Shown: piece after piece, positions 49,955 to 62,383 of the stretch
Layout of the letters: each line of letters opens with the position of its first letter
Numbering within the stretch: the stretch's first letter is position 1
Assembly (NCBI GenBank): GCA_036785375.1
Contig: JAWMAR010000069.1
Span: forward strand, 7,254,001-7,318,000
DNA from: Leucoraja ocellata
Lineage: Eukaryota
Length of the DNA stretch: 64,000 nucleotides
Direction of reading: 5' to 3'
Program-made: the position numbers and the translations under genes
Notes under the pieces: model-generated
What the model saw: only the letters and a program-made list of their open reading frames with translations
The model's database searches: none
Told to the model about the DNA's origin: nothing

Positions 49955-50130
49955 AAGCATGTTGTCTGGTATTATCATACTGTTGTTTGTGGCAGCTTCT
50001 GTGAGTAATTTGCCTGTCAAGTTTCCTACATAACAAAACATTTTATCAAAATATGAATGATTTAGCTTTACCTTGTGATGATCAGAGATTGTGAAAGGTG
50101 CCACATAAATGGAGAATTCATTTTTATTTT
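49955..50130 (+). mobile_element. DeuSINE-like (SacSINE1/AmnSINE1 superfamily) 3' half relic
   Basis: TCTGGTATTATCATACTGTTGTTTGTGGCAGCTTCTGTGAGTAATTTGCCTGTCAAGTTTCCTACATAACAA...GTGAAAGGTGCCACATAAATG resembles, from memory, the Deu-domain end and tail. Confidence 0.55.
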
Positions 50131-51192
50131 CCCTTTACACCTGATTCTTCAGTTCTTTTAAAGTTCAGGATACCCTCTGCTGCTGGCATTAATGGCCTGC
50201 AGTATTAGAACAATCATGATTTTAGCGGAAACATGGGAACATTTAGCTGGGTTTCATCACTGGAAGTCATATGCTGATTGTACACATTTAAAAAAAGGTG
50301 AAAGTGAGCATATTTCATTCTGTGCCACGTTTAATGTGGAATGACCAATGGGAAGTTATTTGCTGAGAGCGCCGTAACTGAAAAAGGGGAAAAATAAGTG
50401 TCTTTAATTATTTTGATGAACGTATTAATGGACTCCCTCATTAGCTGATTCATATATTCAGGGAATGGACAATCAGAACAAATGTGTATTTTTCAAGCCC
50501 AACATCTGTCATAGTAATGTCATTATTATCATAACAGGTGTGAAGGCAATAGCTGAAGGAAAGGGGGAACAACTAGATACGACTTGACTGGTCAGGAAGT
50601 CAGTTTCAAATTGATCTTTGGGAATGAATCCAATTGGCCAAGATGCAATTTGTTTTAATTATCCACTCTTTCGGTAAACATTTTATGTGCAGTTACTTAT
50701 AAGGCCTTTACTTCCATGACACAAAGGGGACATCTCTAGTTGTGTATTATCCTCTGGTTATCCTGGTATCCAAGTGTGTGCCTATAAGTGGTTACATTTT
50801 ACGGACAGAAACAATATATGTCGTTGTTGAAATAGAAAAGAAAAATCTGAAAGGAAAATCTTTAAAAAGCTTCCTTTTACCCTCATTTCAGATGTATTGT
50901 TTAATTTTCTTCGACAGGTTGTCTACTGGCTGCTGTTACAGTTCAGGGCTCTCCCACAGCAGCTGTGCATCCCAGCATGTAGAACAAAGATCTGCCTGTA
51001 ACCCTGGCGTTACTAATGTTGAAGTGGAATAAAATACAGTTGCATCTTAATTTTACATCTTAATTTGAATTCAGACTGCAATGAAGAAACGTGGCATGGT
51101 AGACCCAAGAGACTTGTTTAAGGAAATTAGTGATCTCGGTCTATTGAATGATCCTGGGGTGATCATCCTAATTGAGAAATTGGTGCTGTCAA

Positions 51193-51670
51193 ATGAATGA
51201 ATGAATGAATGAAAGAACAAATGAATTCTGTATTGTCACATGTGACAAGTCACAGTGAAATTCTTTGCTTGCATGCACAAGGTATGCAAATGGAAGGGTC
51301 TCGACCCAAAACATCACCTATTCCTTTAATCCAGAGATGCTGTCTGACCGGCTGAGTTACTCTTTTTAATGTGTATCTTATGCAAATAGTCGTCACATAA
51401 AGGGCGCTGACAAAGTTACATAATACCCCCGCCGGCTCCTCCTTTGTTCTCTTCACACACCCCCTCACAGCGATCCCCCCCCCCCCCCCTACCTTTGTTC
51501 TCGCGTCATGTCCTCCAGCACCCACGTGGCCCGTCCTCAACAGCCTGCGCCTCATTGACCACTGCACCGCCAGCCGCCAGTCAGCCCATGAAGCTCCACC
51601 GACGGCGAGGCCCCACTGACCACGAGGCTCCACTGCCCGTCTTCTCTGTGGCCTCCTGGGAGGCGTCATG
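51193..51670 (-). mobile_element. GC-rich retroposon with Rex-type 3' stem-loop and (TCAT)n tail
   Basis: (ATGA)n at 51193-51212, TATTGTCACATGTGACAAGTCACAGTGAAATTC terminus, CpG-rich body; contains a nested insertion at 51292-51378. Confidence 0.55.
51292..51378 (+). mobile_element. Penelope-derived insertion with 9-bp TSD
   Basis: GAAGGGTCTCGACCCAAAACATC...; TATGCAAAT at 51283-51291 and 51379-51387. Confidence 0.8.
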
Positions 51671-52741
51671 GGCAAACAACAGGCATTCAAGTAGGAGGGT
51701 GAAGGCTGGTGCTTTTCATTTGAATATTTCATCTTCTGCTTAGCCCTGAAATATTAAGGATCAAAGAGTTGTCTGACTATTCTCATTATTTTTCCTTAAA
51801 TATAGACGAAAAAATATATATATATTTTACAAATTCAATTTCATTTCATGGCAGACATGAAATTGAAAATAATTCAATTTAAAGATTAGGGAATAGAAAG
51901 ATCCAATGCTTTTAACTGGTGGAAACGTATTTTAAATTGTTTGAATTATGATCTCAGTCTTTGCAAGAACAGGAGACACACACACACACGGACATTTGGG
52001 AAAACAGTATCCTGATATTTATGTGAGCTCTGTCTCACATCTTCAATACCTTTGTTGCAAAGTTGCACTGAAGGAATGCTGAGGCTCAAACCATTGAAGT
52101 AGTTTCTTTTGCTTGTATTGATCAACAATAGACTTCACTGTTTCAGTTTCAATTCTTGAACAGAACTGTTTGCAGTCTTTGTTGAATTTCAGATCTCTGG
52201 CCTTTAATCATTTTCCAATTTTTGTTTGTTTATTTATATATGGGACTTGCCGGTTAAGCTACCAAACTGGTATTCCTAAGCATTGCTACACTTGTAACAA
52301 AAGACAGCCAAATTGTATTCTTAGGCCGAGAGTTCAGAGGCCTTTGATCCGGCAGTGGTGAATGAATGATGATATATATCCAAAAAAGGTAGTGTGGGGA
52401 AGAACAAAGAGGTATAAAGAAGGGTCTGCCCTGAAACACCACCTGTGTATTTCCCTCCATGGATGCTGCCTGACCCGCTTTGGTTCCTCCAATGGTTTAT
52501 TTTTTGCTCAAGATTCCATCATCAGCAGTCTCTGGTCTCAACAAAGAAAAGGTGGAGTTTCTTGTGCATGCTGCCCTTCTCTTCCTAAGTAAATATGTCA
52601 TACATTTGAGAGGTGCAGTTCAGGAAGTCCTACAATATTCTTTCCTGTAAGTCTTCATTTCACCATTACTCCTCATTATTAATAAGAATCCCCCTTAACC
52701 TATTTTAATTCTAAATATCCTACCCAACAGTCTGTTTCTTC

Positions 52742-52785
<44 letters not shown>

Positions 52786-53270
52786 TAACTTTAATTGTCA
52801 TTCAGGTATACACATAGACACAGTGCACATTGAACAAAATTTTGTTGCATTGACTCTTCACAGTAGCAGCAGAATATAACATTTATATCAGCCGATCAGT
52901 AAAAGTGCTTAGTGTGCCCATAAAAAGTGTTTCATGTGCATAGTTCTGTAAAATAGATATATAGGAAAGTTTTTAAAAGTGGCAATGTATAAGAAAGTTC
53001 TAGCATCGGTTTGATTGTGAGTTCAATAGTCTTATGGCCTGGGGGATAAAGCTGTTGCAGAACCTGGTTTTCCCGCTCTTCATGCAGCGGTACCTCCTCC
53101 CAGAGTTCAGCAGTGTAAACAGTCCATATTGTAGGTGAGTGGGGGCTCTGGTAATGCCCTTAGCTCTTGTCAGACAGCGTTTGTAACCAATGTCCATGTT
53201 GGAAGGAAGAGAAGTCCCAATGATTTTTTCCGCTGTCCTCACCACTCTCTGAAGGCACTTCCAGTCCGCA
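52742..53270 (-). mobile_element. Rex1/Babar LINE 3' end with (TTA)14 tail
   Basis: ORF 53245-53000 VRTAEKIIGTSLPS...LFTLLNSGRRYR...RFCNSFIPQAIRLLN is the typical Rex1/Babar C-terminus; (TAA)n at 52742-52783. Confidence 0.88.
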
Positions 53271-54329
53271 CCTTGTTTTTCTGGGTAAATGAAGAAAAAA
53301 AAAATTACTATCCTTCATTCATCAATGAAAATGTTTATAAATCCCACTAGCCAATAACACTTGATTTGATATTATACTCCTCTTGCACCCTCCTACACTG
53401 ATTGCGTGTTCACTTTCCCTTTAGAAGTTTAAATGTTTTTTTTAGAAAGACTCATGAATATGCTGGGAAAGGTTTATAAAGTAGATGTCGTGTGTGGCAT
53501 GGACGTTGTGGGCTGAAGGCCATGTTCCCGTACTGCACTGTGCTATGTTTTTTTGCCTCCAAATACTATAACCTGACAATCAATACAATACCGTTCAAAT
53601 AAATGTTGGACTATTAACATGTCCAAAACCCCAAATTATTATTTTGATGAAGTACCTGATTACATTTATGTCTTTATGATTAATTAGAAAAATGTCATTT
53701 CAGCATTTATATACCCCATTGAATATATGTATTACTCGACTTAAGATTATTGATGGAACTGCATGCTACCATTGAAGAATTTTTTGATTTTTTTTTGTAC
53801 TGTAGAGTGCGCTGAAATAAATTTGTAATATAATTCCCAAAATAGATTTTCTTTCACAACAGAAACTGTGCTGTGTCACCATTGGCTTTATCTCCCCCCA
53901 CAGATGGCCAGTTTATTGTGTTCAGAGTACTCTAGCCCTCTGACGTCTGCTTGGAAATTGCCGACGATATTCCTTCAATGGCCCTAACAAAGGACAAGCA
54001 AGAATGGCGAATTAGTCCCAGAGTTATCGATTGCTCACTCTGTACACTGGCATATGAAAGTAGCAATCTTACCAAAGCATCAATTCATGAAACTAAATGC
54101 AGATATCAGTATAGTTTGTGTTTCATTCTTGAAAAAAATAGATGAAGATTCTGCCGAAGACTCAAGACTCCTGAAATGAAAATAGCTTAACTATCATCAA
54201 CTAATTTTCCTTGACTTTTTTTTTAACCATCTGGAGTATTTTGCTTTCTGAATCATAACTGTGTTTATTTATTAATCCAATACTACACTGCATAGGAGGA
54301 GGAGGTGTTTCTCCTTGAAAATACCTGGT

Positions 54330-54775
54330 ATTGGTTTATTATTGTCATGTGTATTGAAATATAGTGAAATACAGTATGTTTGTGTGCTATCCAGTCAAAT
54401 CATACTATACAGGAGTACAATCAAGCCATGCACAGGTACAACAGATGTTGCAATGAGAACATGATCAGAGTGCAGAGCATAGCGGTACAGCATTACACCA
54501 TAGAGAAAGTGCAGTTTCTAAACAAAATGCAAGCTGCAATGAAGTAGGTTGGGAGATCAGGCCTACTCCCTCAGTTAATGAGTGGACTATTCACTAATCT
54601 GATAACAGTGTGAAGATGTTGTTCTTGAACTGGTGGTATTTCCTTTCCAGCTTTTGTATCTTCTACCCAAAGGGAGAGGAGAGAGGAGGGAATAACGGGG
54701 GCATGAGTGGTACCTGATTATGTTGACTGCTTTCCTGAGGCAACAAGAAGTGTTAATGGAGTTGATGGGGGGGTG
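54330..54775 (-). mobile_element. Rex1/Babar LINE 3' fragment (older)
   Basis: Same terminal TTTATTATTGTCATGTG...AGTGAAA motif and antisense LLPxGRRY-like region (GTATCTTCTACCCAAAGGGAG). Confidence 0.7.
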
Positions 54776-55221
54776 TAGGTAGGGAGAGATATTTTTAAGA
54801 ATTTTCGATATAAATTAATTTTATGCGAATTAAGAAAAGTTTACTTGACTTCCATCAAGTCATTCCCAATCAGTGTAGAGTGTGCTCTCAGATTTGTTTA
54901 CTGCTCTGTGCTAATTCTAGAGGTGAAGCCGTGAACTAGGTTTCTAACTTCTCTCAGTGTGTTGCACTGGAATTGAATTGAAATATTAACTTACAGCATC
55001 TAGCAAATTTTATTGGGGATATTGTAGTCCCTCAGGTCAAATGCTTGGTGTCATTGCTTTCTAGATCATTGGTTGGTATGTTTGAATTTGATCGTGGCAA
55101 TAATGTAAATGTCAGCTCTCAGACATGGTCTTAGAAATGAAATAACTGGACTAACACTTAAAGTTGATTTTTCCAATGAGTGCATGTGACTATTTCAAAT
55201 GGAGCATCAACAGCTGTAAAT

Positions 55222-55485
55222 GGTCAAAAATGCTGGAATAACTCAGCGGGACAGACAGCATCTCTGGATGGAAGGAAAGGATGACGTTTTGGGTCGAGAC
55301 CCTTTTACAGACTGAGTCAGGGAGAGGGAAATGAGCGATATGGAAGGGTAAGGTGTGAAATCGAGGGATCAAAGCAGATGAAGGTCAAGGAAAATGTAGA
55401 ATAGATCATTATTAGCTCGGGGAGGGCAACAACAAGGTATACAATGTAAAATTTTATCAGGAGGACAGTCAGAATGGTCAGAAAT
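55222..55485 (-). mobile_element. Penelope terminal repeat/3' UTR fragment
   Basis: Antisense TCAGTCTGTAAAAGGGTCTCGACCCAAAACGTCAT core plus extended purine-rich UTR. Confidence 0.7.
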
Positions 55486-57709
55486 ATTCACCAACAGTCA
55501 TTTTTTTACCACCGCTGTAACACAGTGACTTTCTTCCAAATGGTGAGTCCAAAGTGAGAATATCTCTGGTGTGTGAAATCTTCAATGTGGAAAACTAAGG
55601 CATTGATTTTAAGACTTTGCCATGTGTATAGCAGGTTAAAAAAATTCTAATTGACTTAAATTCACAGAATTCCACCAAATCTCCACCAGTTGCATTTGTA
55701 GTTGAAATGAAGGAGAATATGAAGGAAGTCTTCCTATGCTGATCACTGGTAAACGGCAAGGATAAAATAAGGCTAACATGTTCACAAGTTTCGAGGAGGC
55801 ATATATCCACAATTCAAACTTTGTAGAAGAGTAATTGGTCAAGCTAATTTAGAAGTCTTAAAGATACAAAGGGTAAAAATGCCAGGGTCCTTTAAGTTGT
55901 TACCTGTTTCCTAGATGGCTCGCATAGGAATTGTCGTGTTCTCCTTCAAAAAGAAGGAATAAATATAATTGATTCAGTCAAAGGAAACCATACAACTGAA
56001 AAATGCATTGCATCTCAAAGGAACAAAACAAATAAAGGCCAAGGATGGAAGACGAGCAACACATTCCACAGTTACCACTCGCATATTGTGATTGCAGCTT
56101 CAATACCCAGTAAGTGTCATGTTTTCATAATGTGAATGCATCTTTCTGTCTGCTTTCTGTCCAAATATCTCCGGTGAAGTTGGTTCCGGCACAAAACGCT
56201 ACAATTGCTTTAAGTAAAACTATAAATAGCATCCTCTCTGCCAGTGGTACATGGTACATTTTTCCTCTTCTGCCTCACTGTCGCTTGGGATACAGTTGTT
56301 TCTAGGTCCTCCATTATCCATCTCCGTGGGATGTTCATCATTTGATTCCATCACTACCAGCCTGATGGTTAATCAGTGATGAACTCAGCCGTTCAACACA
56401 CAATCAAGAGTCTGCCAAAGATGTCCTTGACTGTCCCACAAATGCTGGGTTTCATCACACGTGGACATGGAAAGCAAAGCTTCTCACGGTACCTCGGTGT
56501 ACATGACAATAGTAAATTTGTGTTTTTGGTTTTTGTATGGAAGCATGAGCTGTGAGCAGAATACAGAAATGGCTCTAAAGAGATACACACAAGCTTAATG
56601 AATGGGAAAGGACATGACAGATGAAAGACATAATGTGGAGAAATGTGAGATTGTCTAGTATTGTAGAATGTTTTGAATGCTGAAGGGCTGAAAGGTTTTG
56701 TTCAGAGGGACCTGGATGTGCTTATCCACAAATCACCAAGTTAATATGAAGGTGTGGCAAGCAATTAGGAAGAGATAATTAGATAGGTCATCATGGATTT
56801 GGTGGGCCGAAGGGCCTGATTCTGTGCTGTACAACACTATGACTGTAATTCACAGTCCATTATGATCTGCCCAAACATTGCGATCATCTTTCAACATCAT
56901 GAGCTCAAATTCTCAGACACCTGACAGTTTTATAGGAATACCTTCACTTCTGTGACTGTAGAGGTTCCAGGGGTCATTACATCACAAACTTATTGAAGTC
57001 AATTAGAGGTGGGCAATATATATTGGCCTTCTTAGCAACGGCAACATTTTTTTTTTAGTGGGGGGGAAGGGACAAACCTTCCAATCAATATATTCCCAAC
57101 CACAACAACACATTTTATGGAGGAACTGAACTTATACAACCTTTAGGTCCTATAAACAATTAGCTTTTGCATTTGGTTTGGTGTCCATTTACTTTTAAAT
57201 CCACCTCTGAAAAGCAATTTAGGATTTTATTAATATTAAAACCACAAATTATTGACTGGTTTGCATAATGTGTTTGAACAAGACTAATATAGTGGATATA
57301 AAACTGAGAACTAATTATGATAAAAGAAATAACATTCTTCAGTAACTGATTTATCTGCAAGAGGATTCTGTTCCCAATTAAATCTACTTTATGCCTACAC
57401 TAAATATTTTACTGCATGTGTGACTTGTTGCTGTATACCGTAACATATTTAATTGGTGTTCACTGCCTTCATCGTTCAATGGTGCACATAATGTAAAGTA
57501 GGAATGCTTTAAACGCGATGACAACATTTGCATTTTGTTTTGAGAGATGTTACTACTTGGGAACAGAACACTACTGATTTCAGAAAAGTACCACCCACAT
57601 TAACTAATTCCCAGATCATGATAACTATCCACAAAGTACATCTCTTCCACTGATCTAGCCACGTGTCTACCCAACTGAGAACCTTCTGCTACAGCAACCC
57701 AATGATTCT

Positions 57710-57850
57710 TGATTAGTATAGATGCCATAGGTTTTGGGGAGAAGGCTGGAGAATGGGGTGAGGAGGGAGAGATAGATCAGCCATGATTGAATGGCGGAGT
57801 AGACTTGCTGGGCGGAATGGCCAAATTCTACTCCTTTCACTTATGACCTT
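57710..57850 (+). mobile_element. CR1 3' tail fragment
   Basis: GGGGAGAAGGCTGGAGAATGGGG...GATCAGCCATGATTGAATGGCGGAGTAGACT; similar tails at 61308-61400 (-) and 62944-63079 (+). Confidence 0.8.
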
Positions 57851-58779
57851 ATTGCCTGATTCTTTGGCAGCTTCGCCATACTCTGTCAAAGGTGTTTTAC
57901 CAAATTAAAAGCCCGTGTCCCTCAATATAATGGATTTACCCCAACTTCTGTCCAGTATTTGCTGCTCTGTTTAATGGAAAAGTATTCCATTTTGGTCAAC
58001 GAAACATAATTTTCTTGAGAGTTCGATGTGTTTTCGATGAGTGGAAAGCCTCCATAATTGCTCCTTTGTGTGGGTGAAGAAAGAGGCAAATTGCACGAAA
58101 GTGGAAGTGGTCATCTTCACAATTATTCCCTTTGGAGATATTCCAGGCGATTCATCCCTGACAATGGTGAAAAATGGCATACTGAAGCAGATAAAGTAAT
58201 TGCTTAGAGACTTAGTGACGTTTATTGTTTTCGAGGTCGTTTGGAGGAGCAGCAGACAGCAGCACTGTGGTGAATATGAAGTTGCAATAAAGACTTTGTA
58301 AATCCCTCTCACTCTCTGTCCCTCAGTAGGATAGAATTTATTAAGAAGATTTGTTGAGTACTGTAAATGTACTGCTATTAGTAACAGCTACTGTATAAAG
58401 TACAGCTTGAAGCTTCAATGCATGTCCCCTGAGGAGAACTATTATTGGCAAACTTCCCTGCAATGGTTAGGGTGAGTTGAGCCTTAGAGATTTCATTCAG
58501 TTTGGTTTTTTCACCCGTTGTACCTTTATTTTCCCAAATGTATTTTTTGGGTCTGATTGTGTAACTTCAAGACCATATTTATTCACTTTTTAGAGATTTA
58601 ATAACTCATAAAACTTTGCTAAATACCTTTTTGTACTATCATTGCTGATTTTTATTTTTCAGTAAAGGGTGATTAGTTAATTATTTTCCTCAAAGAAACA
58701 ATGTAGCTAAAGCAAAGCATGTATCTTGCTATTACATGGCAATGTATGCTGACAAATTATGTATTTAATGTGGACTTGT

Positions 58780-58831
58780 AGGGCCGAGATGGCCTGTCTC
58801 CGTGCTGTAATTGTTATATGGTTATATGGTT
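58780..58831 (+). mobile_element. Extremely truncated CR1 tail (about 52 bp)
   Basis: AGGGCCGAGATGGCCTGTCTCCGTGCTGTAATTGTTATATGGTTATATGGTT is nearly identical to 35548-35599. Confidence 0.85.
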
Positions 58832-59559
58832 AAGATGAAGGGGAGTGCATGTAACCTGCAGCACCTTATGCCTGTGTAAGCACAGTAAACTGTGCGTTTA
58901 CACTGCCACATACAACTTCTGCATTGAAATCTTTGTCATAAGGAACAAAGCAGATCTGTCACTCTTTGGATCCTTTTCCACAGCACCTTGAATGTAAGCT
59001 GTTGTTCACATAATAGGTTTTCCGCTGTAACTAATAGTTCAACATGTCATTGAACACAAGTGCTTTGAACCAATATGTTCTGAAGTATAGCCTAGAATGT
59101 TTGAATTTCCGACAAACATTTGCACTACCTTTCATTGAATATAACTCCTATTTTGAATCTGTTTAAGTAAAAAAAAAATAGTTGGGCAATATGGTCACCT
59201 CATGATAGTTGAGATATAGAAATATTTTGCTTCATTCCAGTAGAAGAGCCAACCAAATGGGTCAGAAATTGTGCACAAAACATCTTTACACTTGCAATGT
59301 ATCTCTTGAAGAAACTGAACCAATCTATCCACGGATTAAATATTGTTGGTCATTTCATGGATAAATAAGCCTTTGTAACGCAGTGTCAGATTGGACCGTC
59401 CACTCTGTTAACCTTAACCTCGTGACACTTCTCATCTCTGCCCACTCCCTGATCTAGTGATCAACCCAACAATCTCCCTCAAGAACTCAACTTCAACTCC
59501 CAACCCAAATCAGAACCCTGATCATCAACATTCTTCTAAACGTGACATTCTCTCCACCC

Positions 59560-59830
59560 CTCATCCTGATCAGGGACTACACCTACACCTCCCCAATGAA
59601 AGGTCCTTCACCAATTTATGGATCACCAATTCCTTCTCAGGTCTTCCTCTCTCAATGTAACTTTACACATGCTTTTGAATCCACTCCTCCCTATTCACCC
59701 AGGTCAAAGGTAGTCATCATTTTAACATGGACTAGGCCCCAACTGAGATAACTTTCAATAGCAGCATGTGGTTCCTTCCCCACTAATCAGCTTATATCAC
59801 CCTCTTTGTTTTGGGTCTTGACCTGTTACA
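59560..59830 (+). mobile_element. Decayed Penelope RT relic
   Basis: CAGGTCAAAGGT-AGTCATC...GGCCCCAAC resembles QVKGVAMG..MGP of Penelope RT; many indels. Confidence 0.4.
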
Positions 59831-60770
59831 CGGTCCACACAAATTTGCAAAGGATTTCAAAATAAAGGAAGACGATAGCGTAACCCTGCACAGAGGTTGC
59901 ACTAGAATATCTGTATTTTTTCATCATCCTGAAACCCATTGCAAACTGAACCCACCGATCAATGTAAAAGGACAAGTTCTGAAACAAAGCGGATGGTATA
60001 AAAACAGAAACTGCAGCTGATATTTAGTTTGCCAGCCAGTGTCCATGTCGAGTTCATGTTTCAGGTTGATGATCAATTGTCAGCCCTTTCATCAATTCTA
60101 ATGAAATATTCTTAACCAGAAAAGATCATTGTCTTTCCCACTCCACAATCCACAAATGCTGCCAGATTGGTTGAGTATTGCCACCTGTTTTTATCTGTTT
60201 TCATTTTACATTTACGGTATGTTCAATATTTGATATTGGCCCATGATCTTTGTGATGCCTGTGATGTCATCTGCATGCAGGACTAGGAACCTGTGTGATT
60301 GATCTTAATGTGTGCACTGATTGCAACAAATACAAAGGGCTGAGCCCAACATTCAATGGTGAGATAATCAGGAAATGTTTATGTTTTGAGCTTTGCCATC
60401 CAGCCTTTTGTATTCATCCTGGTCAAGAAATAAATTAATGGTGATGGAAGGTTTGTTCTCTGTCCTCTGATCTTTCCATTTCTCTCTGACCCATAACCAT
60501 GGTCAAGTTAAGATTCTTAACATTAAAATCAATTTGGGCTTGAAGAGTACAAGATGGTGCCTAATATGTGGCAACTCTTGTGTGGATCCTGTGTGGTCAC
60601 AATCTTACACTCATGTGCTTAGGGTGATTGCATCTAATGCACAGTAGGATTGTCAGTGAACTGTGTACAAAAGATAATTTCACTGTACTTAGGTAAACGT
60701 AACAATAAATTACCATTGAGCGCAGTCTGGCTGTCAGTTCCCCTTTCCTGCTTCTGTTCCATGAAACTTA

Positions 60771-60810
60771 TTCATTCATTCATTCATTCATGCACGCATT
60801 CATTCATTCA
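60771..60810. repeat. Interrupted (TTCA)n microsatellite
   Basis: TTCATTCATTCATTCATTCATGCACGCATTCATTCATTCA. Confidence 0.9.
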
Positions 60811-62259
60811 TGATTCAGGGCAGTGTTTCTATATTTATTGTCTTTTCTTTATAATTAAACTTTTACAAGACTTTTAGCTCCACTTTTACCATTAACTAGT
60901 AGTGTTAAAGTCAATTAAATCTGGATCGATGTGGTGGTGGACGTCTCCTATGGACTGTCACTCTGTGTTTGTGGAAGAAAGTGTCTGACAGTAATGTCTG
61001 TGGAAGGATGTGCCTGACAGCTGGTTAACTGAACAGAATCTGATATCACCCTTGAAACCCAGCACAAAACAAGCACACAGAAGGTGATTAACTCTATGGA
61101 TGCTGGATGAGTCATTACTGTGCACGGGCATTGCCAAGTGGCCTATTTTTTTGTAGTTCCTTGAGCTTATTTTATTTAATTAAAAATATCATTTACTATT
61201 TAAGAAACCACATAACGTGAAATACCCAGCCTTGGGTGGTGTTAAACATTGTCAAAGCCTGTGAAGAAATGAAACATCCACCACATCCCCAATGATCCTT
61301 TTGAAGGTCATGTCATGTGACCAATTCGGCCTATCCATCATGGCTGATCTATCACTCCCTCCAAACCCCATTCTCCTGCCTTCTTCCCATAACCTCTGAC
61401 AGATGGACAGGTTTTGGATGATGAGAGGATGAATCATAAAGTTCTTCATTTCTCTACTACCTTTGATTCGTGAATGGCAGGTTCCTGAACATTTGAATAC
61501 TTTATAACATGAAATAAAACAAAATAATAACTTATCGATGAATAAATAACAATCTACACAAAGTTAATGCCTAAACATTAAAATCAGAATAATAATCCTA
61601 CAGTCTTGATTAATAATATTCCAATAATATTTCAAAGTGGTTGTAAATGGGAGATTCTGGAAGCAGTTGGAGGAAATATCAAGGGTGATAAAGTACAGAA
61701 AATACTATGAGCTAGCTAACTCCTGAAGGTCATATCTTCCAGATGGACCTGCAGCAGGTGGCTGGAAAAGCATGAGAGAAAATAAATTAGATCTCATTTT
61801 TACCAATCTATCTATAGCAAAAACACCGATCTGTACATTCATGGCAGGTATGACCATAGTTTAATTCTCCTGGAGACTTTCACAGTTAGGAAAGCCTCTT
61901 TAATGTTGGGTGATTTTGGTAGCTGAAAGAGATGCACTAGTAAATCCAGAAATAAAAAAGGAGAAATCAAATCCTTCAACTACAGGTCAACCAGTTTACT
62001 CTGAATCATCCATTAAATGATGGCAGTGCAACCACATGACACTCACCAATAACTTACTAACTTCTGTTCAGTTTGGTTGTGGCCATTATCATTTGGGATC
62101 CAGGTCTGGTTACACCATTGGGCCAACTGTGAACAAAAATGAGAACCCTAGACTTCCTCCTGGCTCACATTCCCGTCCAAATCATCAGCGCCCAACATCC
62201 ATGGCCTTTTGCTTGATGTGCCTGAGTTTATGTTCTTTGCCACTGACCAGTTTTAATCA

Positions 62260-62383
62260 AAGATAGACACAAACAGCTGGAGTAACAGTCTGAAGCAGGA
62301 TCTCGAACCAAAACATCACCTATTCCTTATCTCCAGAGATGCTGGTTGACCCGCTGAGTTACACCAGTTTTTTGTGTTTATCT
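62260..62383 (+). mobile_element. 124-bp Penelope-derived element with inverted termini and perfect 13-bp TSD
   Basis: CCAGTTTTAATCA at 62247-62259 and 62384-62396; termini AGATAGACACAAACAGCTGGAGTAAC and GTTACACCAGTTTTTTGTGTTTATCT; decayed hammerhead core inside. Confidence 0.85.

Noticed and set aside
50918-51032. Possible plus-strand exon after TTTTCTTCGACAG
   Set aside because: All frames give short unrecognisable peptides and there is no strong donor.
53904-53987. Possible exon after TCTCCCCCCACAG
   Set aside because: Every frame stops within 30 codons and there is no good donor.
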